A DNA stretch of 58,338 bases from Gammaproteobacteria bacterium (GTDB taxonomy: Bacteria; Pseudomonadota; Gammaproteobacteria; Steroidobacterales; Steroidobacteraceae). Location: NCBI GenBank assembly GCA_003136935.1, contig PLEC01000130.1:41050-99387 (forward strand). Reading direction: 5' to 3'. A program made the translations under genes and the position numbers. The notes under the pieces were generated by a model. That model was not told the origin of the DNA. It searched no databases and saw only the letters and a program-made list of their open reading frames with translations. Position 1 is the stretch's first letter. Each line of letters starts with the position of its first letter. Of the stretch, positions 51,588 through 58,338 are shown one piece after another.

Positions 51588-52791
51588 GCGCGATCCCGGG
51601 GTCGGCGAGTTTGTCCGGGTCCGGCCGCGCGTGCGCCGCGATGAGCTTGCGGGCGCCCATCTGATCTTTGGGAGCGTTGACGCTGTCGATGGCGATGAGT
51701 TCCCCGTCGCGCAGATAACAGACGCTGAAGGCGCGCGCCGCCGGCGTACCGCGCAGGATCACGGTGTCGTAGCCGGCCGAGATGCCCACAATGATGAGCT
51801 TCAGGTCGTATTGATCCGACCAGAACCAGGGGAGCTTGTCGTGCACGGTCGGGGTGCCGTTCAAATTCAGTGCCGCGCTCGAGCCCTGTTCGAACGCGTT
51901 GTCCACGGACTCCAGGCGCAGACGGCGGCCGTAGCGGGGACTCGGATGATTGGCGCAGTCGCCGGCGGCGTAGATGGCCGGATCGGACGTGCGGCAGTGC
52001 TCATCGACGCGAATGCCGTTGTCGCACTCAAGTCCTGCGGCCACGGCCAGCTCATCCGTCGCCGCCACCCCTACTGCGATGATTACCACGTCGGCGGGAT
52101 ACTCGGCGCCATCCCCGGTAAGCACCGCGCGCACGCGGCCGCTGTCGTCACCGGCCAATGCGCGCACCCGTGCATTGCACAGCACGCGCACGCCGTGGCG
52201 GGCGTGCTCCGCCTCGTAGAACGCGGATAGCTCTGCACAGACCACGCGGTTCATGACCCGCTCGGCCATCTCGAGCACGGTCACGTCCATGCCGAGCTCG
52301 CGCACGGTTGCCGCAACCTCCAGTCCAATATAGCCGCCGCCGATCACCACGAGGCGCCCGCCGGCCGCACATTCCGCCCGGATGCGGTCGGCATCGGCGA
52401 TGCCGCGCAGGTAGTGAACGCCGCCCAGGTCCGCGCCCGGCGCGGACAGCCGGCGCGGGTGGCTGCCCGTCGCGAGCAGCAGCGCGTCATAGGGCAGAGC
52501 CCGGCCGTCATCGAGCCGCACGCGTTGCTCGCGCCGCTCGATCCCGGCAACCCGGCGCCCGAGGTGAGTCTGCACGCTGTGCTCGGTGAAGAACTTTTCG
52601 GGACGAAGGACGAGACGCTCGCGCTCGAGCGTGCCGGCCAGATACTTCTTGGACAGTGGCGGGCGCTGGTAGGGCAGCCAGGGTTCATCGCCCACGAGAG
52701 TCACGCGTCCCGTATAGCCTTTGCGCCGCAGGGTATCCGCCGCCTGGACGGCGGCCTGGCCACCCCCGGCAATGACGATTTGTTGATACAT
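51571..52791 (-). CDS. FAD/NAD(P)-dependent ferredoxin-reductase-type oxidoreductase
   Basis: 406 aa. IVIAGGGQAAVQAA FAD motif. LPYQRPPLSKKYL. Second dinucleotide fold VVIGGGYIGLEVAA. C-terminal reductase dimerisation domain. Confidence 0.8.
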   Translation of the reverse strand: MYQQIVIAGGGQAAVQAADTLRRKGYTGRVTLVGDEPWLPYQRPPLSKKYLAGTLERERLVLRPEKFFTEHSVQTHLGRRVAGIERREQRVRLDDGRALPYDALLLATGSHPRRLSAPGADLGGVHYLRGIADADRIRAECAAGGRLVVIGGGYIGLEVAATVRELGMDVTVLEMAERVMNRVVCAELSAFYEAEHARHGVRVLCNARVRALAGDDSGRVRAVLTGDGAEYPADVVIIAVGVAATDELAVAAGLECDNGIRVDEHCRTSDPAIYAAGDCANHPSPRYGRRLRLESVDNAFEQGSSAALNLNGTPTVHDKLPWFWSDQYDLKLIIVGISAGYDTVILRGTPAARAFSVCYLRDGELIAIDSVNAPKDQMGARKLIAAHARPDPDKLADPGIALKDAL

Positions 52792-52853
52792 TGGCCCTCG
52801 ATGCTACCTTACGCGCGCGCGTTCACCGCCGCACCAACCGGGGGCGTGTCGCC

Positions 52854-52875
52854 GCACCATGCGCCAGCTTGGTGC
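52854..52875. promoter_or_regulatory. Inverted repeat GCACCA-N10-TGGTGC upstream of the P-II gene (possible activator site)
   Basis: Read directly. The half-sites match NtrC half-sites, but the spacer is 10 rather than 3 nt. It lies about 65-85 bp upstream of the sigma-54 element. Confidence 0.3.
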
Positions 52876-52939
52876 ACGCGACCGCGCCAGCGCACCGCAA
52901 GCAGACTGACGGGCGCGACTTTTCCGCACTTTCAATGCA

Positions 52940-52955
52940 TGGCATGAAAACTGCA
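52940..52955 (+). promoter_or_regulatory. Sigma-54 (-24/-12) promoter upstream of the P-II gene
   Basis: TGGCAT-GAAAA-CTGCA with correct GG-N10-GC spacing. It ends 43 nt before the ATG and shares the unusual CTGCA -12 element with the amtB promoter. Confidence 0.55.
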
Positions 52956-52979
52956 AAATCCATCGCGCCCCAAGCCTAA

Positions 52980-53336
<357 letters not shown>

Positions 53337-53349
53337 GCGAATCCCCCTC

Positions 53350-53586
53350 ATGAGGGAAGCAGGAATTCGGGAGGCCCGGCAGAACCTGTCCGCCCTGATC
53401 GCGGAGGTGCGCAAGGGACACGAGGTCACAATTACGGATCGCGGCAAGGCGGTCGCGAGGCTGGTGGCGTCCCGTCCGGCGAACGCTCGGCCTTTCGGCG
53501 GCCGGGCGGCATTTCGGCGGCGGATGCCGCAGCTGACGACCACGCTCTCTTCCGCCGTCGTCGATGGCAGAGGAGCTTGCCCATGA
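53350..53586 (+). CDS. Phd/YefM-type (type II) antitoxin-like protein
   Basis: 78 aa. MREAGIREARQNLSALIAEVRKGHEVTITDRGKAVARLV is the typical Phd/VapB-type N-terminal fold, followed by a disordered C-terminal tail. Confidence 0.75.
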   Translation: MREAGIREARQNLSALIAEVRKGHEVTITDRGKAVARLVASRPANARPFGGRAAFRRRMPQLTTTLSSAVVDGRGACP

Positions 53587-54116
53587 CGCTCGAACAGATC
53601 TTCTACCTGAGTCAGTCGGTCGCCTCAGTCGCCGTGGTGGGCACCCTGATCTATCTCGGCCTGCAGGTTCGCAGCGCCGAACGCAGTCAGCGCGCCATCA
53701 TGCAGCAGGGCCGGGCTGATCGTGCTTCTCACGGTGCCCTCGGCCTGGCTGACCCCGAACTGGCGCGGGTATTCGGCAAAGCCACGGCGGGCCAGACGAG
53801 CCTGACGCGCGACGAATTTACGCAGTGGATGATGATGTGCCGTGCTCTGTTCCTGAGCGGCGAGGATTCGTACCTACAGCATAAAGCCGGGCAGCTCGAC
53901 CAACCGGCCTTCGACAGTTATGTAGCCGGGGTGCGTTACTACATGAGATCCCACGGGATGCGCGCCGCCTGGCAGGTGTCACGCGGCCAGTTCGGCAGCG
54001 ATTTTCGCAATTTCGTCGACGCGATCCTGCGTGAGCCGCCATTGGCACGCGTCGGCGATGCGTATGCCGAATGGCACAAGCTTGTTGAATCAGAGCGGGC
54101 TACGCCGGCGCCTTAA
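53577..54116 (+). CDS. Membrane-anchored protein of unknown function
   Basis: 179 aa. One N-terminal TM helix (LSQSVASVAVVGTLIYLGLQV), then a helical soluble region. It overlaps the antitoxin-like gene by 10 nt. No PIN, RelE, MazF, Doc or HipA features by eye. Confidence 0.6.
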   Translation: MPMTLEQIFYLSQSVASVAVVGTLIYLGLQVRSAERSQRAIMQQGRADRASHGALGLADPELARVFGKATAGQTSLTRDEFTQWMMMCRALFLSGEDSYLQHKAGQLDQPAFDSYVAGVRYYMRSHGMRAAWQVSRGQFGSDFRNFVDAILREPPLARVGDAYAEWHKLVESERATPAP

Positions 54117-54209
54117 ATGGTTGTGCGCGCCAGGAGCTGGCGCACCAACCAGCTACTGATTATCGAGCCGCTCCGAGTGCGGGTGAGCCGCGACTGCGGC
54201 CGCGCCGCC

Positions 54210-55934
54210 TCAGGCCTTCGCGAACCGCGCCTTCACTTCTTCCATCAACGTCTTGAAGCGGGGCTCGGCACGGATCGGATCGAAGTCCGGGTCGGCCTCC
54301 ATCCAGCTCATCATGCTCGGTGTCAGCCTCGGCGCGATACCGGCGAGAGTCTCCAGCGTCAGATCGACTTCTCCCAGCGAGGACATCGCGCAAGCGAGGT
54401 TGTAATGCAGATTAGTGTTGTCAGGATCGACGAGACGGGCCCGTGTCGCCCACTCTTTGGCGCGCTCCTTTTCCCCCAGCGTTACCAGCATGGCAACGCC
54501 CAAACCGATCGCGCGGCTATGGCCGGGCTCGGCCACGACGACCCTTTCGATGCGATCGAGAGCCCGGCGCGCAGCGCTGCGCATACGCTCCGCATCGCCC
54601 TTGGCCTTGTAGGACTGCGAGACGAAAGTCGCCGCCGTAAAATCCGTTTCCATCCCCGCGGCCGCCGCCTCGAAATGGCCGATCGCGTCGTCGTAGCGGC
54701 GCAGGCCGAGGCAGCACAGGCCGGCGATTTTATTGGCGATGTATGAACCGGGCTCCAGGCGCAGCGCGTTCTGGCAGGAGGCCAGCCCTTCCAGGTAGCG
54801 TCCCTTGCTGCGCTGCGCTGCGCCCATCGCGGCGTGCGCGTCGGCGAGATTGGGGTCGAGCCGCAGCGCCGTCGCCGCGGCGCGCTCGCCCGCGTCTGAG
54901 TCGCCTTGCCAGAACCTGTTCCACTGCGCCAGCGCCATGGTCGCCCACGCCTGCGCGTAGTTCGGATCGATCTCGATGACCCGATTGCAGATGCGATCGA
55001 CGATTACATCGTTTCTTTCATTGTCCAGAAGCCAGAATTGCCGCGCCATCAGGTACAGCTTGTACGCCTCAGGATGGGTCGTGCCGCGCTGCTCGAGCGC
55101 CTGCCGTTCTCCGGGGAGCAGCGTCAGTTTCAGTGCGGCGACGATCGCCTTGGAGATCTCGTCCTGCAGCGCGAATATGTCATTCAGGTCGCGGTCGTAA
55201 CGCTCGCCCCACAGCTGCGAGTCGTTGGCGGCGCCGATCAGTTGGGCGGTGATGCGCACCCGGGCGCCGGACTTGCGCACGCTGCCGACGAGCACGTAGG
55301 CCGCCTTCGTCTGCCGCGCGATCTGCGCCACGTCGGCGGCCGCGCTCTTGAAGGAAAAGGCGGTATTGCGCGACACGATCGAGAGTGCCGAGACCTTGCC
55401 GAGGTCGGTGATGATGTCCTCGGTGATGCCGTCGCTGAAATACTCCTGCTCCGGATCACCGCTCATGTTGGCGAACGGCAACACGCATACCGTGACGGCG
55501 GGGCGCTTGTCTTTCGCGGTCTGCGCGGCAGTTTTTCCCACCGCCCGTTTCAGTTTCGCTTCCAGAGCGATGCGCAGCGCTTTGAAAGGCGCACTGTCGC
55601 CGTTGCCCGCCCAGCCATCGAGTTCGATGGTGTGGATCGCGCGCACGTCGATCGGCAAGCGCGCATTCTCGATGCGTACCGGCACCAGCACGCCGCGATC
55701 GGCGGCGTCGCGCGCTTCGCCCTTCACCCATCGCGATTCCACCGAGGCCGGGCTCCAGACGACGACGACTGCGCCGGCGCTCTCGAGTTCGGCGCCGATC
55801 AGCCTGTCGAATTCATCGCCCGGGGTGATTTCCGGATCCCACCAGACCGACCAGCCCTGCGCCTCAAGCGCGGTCACCAGGGGTGCGACGGTAGCCTTGT
55901 CGGTCCGGGAATAGGAAACGAAGATATCGGCCAT
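54210..55934 (-). CDS. TIR domain / TolB_N-like module / TPR repeat protein
   Basis: 574 aa. N-terminal TIR (DIFVSYSRTDKATVAPLV…VVVWSPASVESRWVKGE). Central module typical of cyclase/BTAD-associated sensors (CVLPFANMSGDPEQEYFSDGITEDIITDL…AAYVLVGSVRKSGARVRITAQL). C-terminal TPR repeats. Confidence 0.8.
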   Translation of the reverse strand: MADIFVSYSRTDKATVAPLVTALEAQGWSVWWDPEITPGDEFDRLIGAELESAGAVVVVWSPASVESRWVKGEARDAADRGVLVPVRIENARLPIDVRAIHTIELDGWAGNGDSAPFKALRIALEAKLKRAVGKTAAQTAKDKRPAVTVCVLPFANMSGDPEQEYFSDGITEDIITDLGKVSALSIVSRNTAFSFKSAAADVAQIARQTKAAYVLVGSVRKSGARVRITAQLIGAANDSQLWGERYDRDLNDIFALQDEISKAIVAALKLTLLPGERQALEQRGTTHPEAYKLYLMARQFWLLDNERNDVIVDRICNRVIEIDPNYAQAWATMALAQWNRFWQGDSDAGERAAATALRLDPNLADAHAAMGAAQRSKGRYLEGLASCQNALRLEPGSYIANKIAGLCCLGLRRYDDAIGHFEAAAAGMETDFTAATFVSQSYKAKGDAERMRSAARRALDRIERVVVAEPGHSRAIGLGVAMLVTLGEKERAKEWATRARLVDPDNTNLHYNLACAMSSLGEVDLTLETLAGIAPRLTPSMMSWMEADPDFDPIRAEPRFKTLMEEVKARFAKA

Positions 55935-56125
55935 GGGCTGGTAGCACCCGCGCTCTTTAACCCATCAAACTATCACAGTTGCGTCGGGGATTTCTCTTGG
56001 GCCGCATTTGCGCCGCCGACTCAACATCCGGCTCGCTGCTGCGCCGCCTGAGGACAAATAGGCGCGCCGCGCTCCACGCATTCCGGGGCATCGCGCCCCC
56101 GCCGATCAGGCGCTATCCTCTCAAC

Positions 56126-57100
56126 ATGCCAGCCGCCATCCGCTTCCATAGCTTCGGGGGACCTGAGGTCCTGCGTAACGAGGAACTCGAGCCCGGCAAG
56201 CCGGCCACCCACGAAGTACAGATCCGCCACACCGCCATTGGTGTGAACTACATCGACGTCTACGAGCGCACCGGCCTGTACCCGGGAGAGTTGCCGCGGG
56301 GGCTGGGGCGCGAGGCGGCGGGGGTCATTACCGCTCTCGGACGCGGCGTGCGCGGATTTCGTATCGGTGAGCGGGTCGCTTACGTGTATTCCAAGTCGGG
56401 TGCCTACAGCGAGCTGCGCAACGTGCCGGCGGAGCGGCTGGTCAAGGTGCCGAAGGGAATATCGGACGAACAGGCGGCCGCCCTCATGCTCAAAGGGCTT
56501 ACCGCGCACTTCCTGATTCGCCGCACCTACAAGGTGGCGCGGGGCGACACCATCCTGGTGCACGCTGCCGCTGGCGGAGTCGGCCTCATCCTGTGCCAGT
56601 GGGCGCGTGCGCTCGGCGCCACGGTTATCGGCGTGGTGGGCAACGAGGCCAAGGCGCAGCTCGCGCGCAAGCACGGCTGCCGCCACGTGTTGATTTCCGG
56701 GCGCGACGCGCTGGTCGAGAGCGTCAAGGAGATCACCCGGGGTGTGGGTGTCGCCGTCGTGTACGACGCGGTGGGCAAGGACACCTTCATGGACTCGCTC
56801 GATTGCCTCAGGCGCTTGGGGATGATGGTGAGCTTCGGCAACGCCTCGGGCCCGGCGCCCGCGATCAGTCCGCTCGAACTCACCAAGCGCGGCTCGCTGT
56901 TTCTTACCCGCCCCACGCTCTTTGACTACATCGCCGCGCGCGAGGAACTCACCAAGGGGGCACGGGAGCTGTTCGCCGCGGTGCGTGCCCGCAAAGTGCG
57001 CATCGTGATCGGCCAGAGATACGCGCTCGCCCGCGCCGCCGATGCGCATCGGGATCTTGAAGGCCGGCGCACCACCGGCTCGACGGTGCTGGTGCCGTAA
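56126..57100 (+). CDS. qor: NADPH:quinone oxidoreductase (zeta-crystallin family MDR)
   Basis: 324 aa starting at MPAAIRF. GVNYIDVYERTGLYP. NAD(P)-binding HAAAGGVGL. C-terminal HRDLEGRRTTGSTVLVP. Confidence 0.85.
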   Translation: MPAAIRFHSFGGPEVLRNEELEPGKPATHEVQIRHTAIGVNYIDVYERTGLYPGELPRGLGREAAGVITALGRGVRGFRIGERVAYVYSKSGAYSELRNVPAERLVKVPKGISDEQAAALMLKGLTAHFLIRRTYKVARGDTILVHAAAGGVGLILCQWARALGATVIGVVGNEAKAQLARKHGCRHVLISGRDALVESVKEITRGVGVAVVYDAVGKDTFMDSLDCLRRLGMMVSFGNASGPAPAISPLELTKRGSLFLTRPTLFDYIAAREELTKGARELFAAVRARKVRIVIGQRYALARAADAHRDLEGRRTTGSTVLVP

Positions 57101-57124
57101 GGCTGCTGCAGCCAGTGCCGCGCG

Positions 57125-57640
57125 CTATGGCGCACGGACCCCCGGCTGCGCCCGCAGCGGCCGGGCACTGCGGCTGATGCCGAGCGCGCCGCTGCGCACC
57201 ACTTCCAGGAGCTGCGCGCGCTGGCCCAGGTCGGCCACGAAAGTATTGATCTCCGCTTCGCTGGCCGTCAGCTCGACGATGAAGCCCTCGGTCGCAGGAT
57301 CCAGCACGCGGCCGCCGCTGCGCACCACGTGCCCGCGGACCGCGTCCGTCTGGCCCCCTTCCACCTTGAGCTTCAGCAGCACCAGCTCCCGCTCCAGGTG
57401 CGTACCAAGCGTCATGTCGAGGACGTCCACGACATCGACCAGCTTGTTGAGCTGATTGACGATCTGCCGGATCACCGGGTCGGAGCCGGTCGTGACCAGG
57501 GTCAGGCGCGAGACCGTCGGGTCCTCCGTCGGCGCGACCGAGAGCGACTCGATGTTGTAGCCGCGCGTGGAGAAAAGGCCCGCCACCCGGGTGAGAGCAC
57601 CGGCCTCGTTCTGCAACAGGATGGCGATGATGTGGCGCAT
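57125..57640 (-). CDS. ilvH: Acetolactate synthase small (regulatory) subunit
   Basis: 171 aa starting at MRHIIAIL. ACT domain LLQNEAGALTRVAGLFSTRGYNIESLSVAPTEDPTVSRLT closely parallels E. coli IlvH. C-terminal ALS_ss_C domain. Confidence 0.9.
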   Translation of the reverse strand: MRHIIAILLQNEAGALTRVAGLFSTRGYNIESLSVAPTEDPTVSRLTLVTTGSDPVIRQIVNQLNKLVDVVDVLDMTLGTHLERELVLLKLKVEGGQTDAVRGHVVRSGGRVLDPATEGFIVELTASEAEINTFVADLGQRAQLLEVVRSGALGISRSARPLRAQPGVRAP

Positions 57641-57739
57641 GTTCGCAAGCGAGAATAAAGGATCGCCGCGAGTTTGCAGCACAAACCTAAGCTGCTAGGC
57701 TGATCGGCCGCTTCGCCTTTTTCCGCACATATCAGGCCC

Positions 57740-58338
57740 ATGAGTGACTTAGGTCTACAGCCGCGCCCGGTGGGACATCCGCTGGCCGGTCAGACAATGA
57801 GTGGCGCCCGCATGATCATGCAGGTGCTCGCGGACGAAGGCGTCAGCGCGATTTTCGGCTACAGCGGCGGGGCGATCCTGCCGACCTACGATGCGGTTTT
57901 TCTCTACAACGCGGAATGCGCCCGGACCGGGGCGCCGCAGATCCCCCTCATCGTGCCGGCGAACGAGCAGGGCGCCGGATTCATGGCGGCCGGATACGCC
58001 CGCGCGAGCGGCCGCGTGGGGGTCTGCCTGGTCACTTCGGGACCCGGCGCGACCAACACTGTCACACCGGTGCGCGACTGCATGGCAGATTCGGTACCGA
58101 TTGTCGTGATTTGTGGGCAAGTTGCGCGGGCATCCATCGGCACGGACGCGTTCCAGGAGGCCCCCGTGCCCGCCATGATGGGTGCGGTTGCCAAGCATAT
58201 TTTCCTGGTGACTGACCCCTTGCGCCTGGAGAGCACCATCCGCACCGCTTTCGAAATCGCCCGCACGGGACGGCCGGGTCCGGTGGTCGTGGATATCCCT
58301 AAGGACGTGCAGACCTGGGAAGGGGTGTTCCAGGGCGA
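57740..58338 (+). CDS. Acetolactate synthase large subunit-like ThDP enzyme (5' partial, continues beyond window)
   Basis: This open frame is not in the ORF track because it has no stop. Motifs are MIMQVLADEGVSAIFGYSGGAILPTYDA, NEQGAGFMAAGYARASGRVGVCLVTSGPGATN, GTDAFQEA and TGRPGPVVVDIPKDV. An alternative start is at 57797. Confidence 0.8.
   Translation, partial: MSDLGLQPRPVGHPLAGQTMSGARMIMQVLADEGVSAIFGYSGGAILPTYDAVFLYNAECARTGAPQIPLIVPANEQGAGFMAAGYARASGRVGVCLVTSGPGATNTVTPVRDCMADSVPIVVICGQVARASIGTDAFQEAPVPAMMGAVAKHIFLVTDPLRLESTIRTAFEIARTGRPGPVVVDIPKDVQTWEGVFQG

Noticed and set aside
53577-54116. Whether the ORF after the Phd-like antitoxin is a degenerate VapC/PIN toxin.
   Set aside because: It lacks the N-terminal acidic residue motif (xLDT/S) and the later conserved Asp/Glu positions. 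Instead it has a hydrophobic TM segment at residues about 10-30. I therefore did not annotate it as VapC, and it is kept as an unknown in the findings.
54127-54143. Short stem-loop GCGCCAG-GAG-CTGGCGC between the convergent membrane-protein and TIR genes, considered as a bidirectional terminator.
   Set aside because: It has only a 7-bp stem with a 3-nt loop and no flanking U/A tracts, which is too weak to call.

Overview
This is a high-GC (about two-thirds G+C by eye) chromosomal segment that looks like a gammaproteobacterium. Its synteny is Pseudomonas/Xanthomonadales-like (dsbA-cytochrome c4 / engB / polA; algZ-algR-like pair; acetylornithine-transcarbamylase-type arg cluster). Almost everything is core metabolism or envelope biogenesis:
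- TonB-dependent receptor
- LytS/LytTR two-component pair
- amtB, ubiK, comM
- cytochromes c5 and c4, dsbA, engB, polA
- DUF1800/DUF1501 pair
- lptM-containing operon
- FAH/maiA pair
- an 8-gene argR-led arginine operon
- tamA/tamB, nudC
- two tandem isoaspartyl peptidases
- single-chain pyruvate carboxylase
- a P-II protein, qor, ilvH and the 5' end of an AHAS large subunit
- one tRNA-Arg(CCG)

I saw no rRNA, CRISPR array, transposase or integrase.

The parts that known families do not fully explain are:
1. An uncharacterised P-loop gene translationally embedded in the arg operon, which has no argA/argJ/argE.
2. A divergent FlhC-like / possible tandem-FlhD-like regulator pair in a non-flagellar context, with two TTTGG-N10-CCAAA palindromes between the genes.
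3. An operon encoding an unknown secreted protein, an ECF sigma factor and an anti-sigma factor with periplasmic ankyrin repeats.
4. A small islet after the P-II gene with an orphan Phd-type antitoxin overlapping an unknown membrane-protein gene, next to a TIR-TolB_N-like-TPR protein.
5. A candidate sigmaE-driven sRNA with a strong terminator at the polA-engB position occupied by Spot 42/ErsA in other gammaproteobacteria.

All functional calls come from reading the translated ORFs and motifs by eye. No database search was run.
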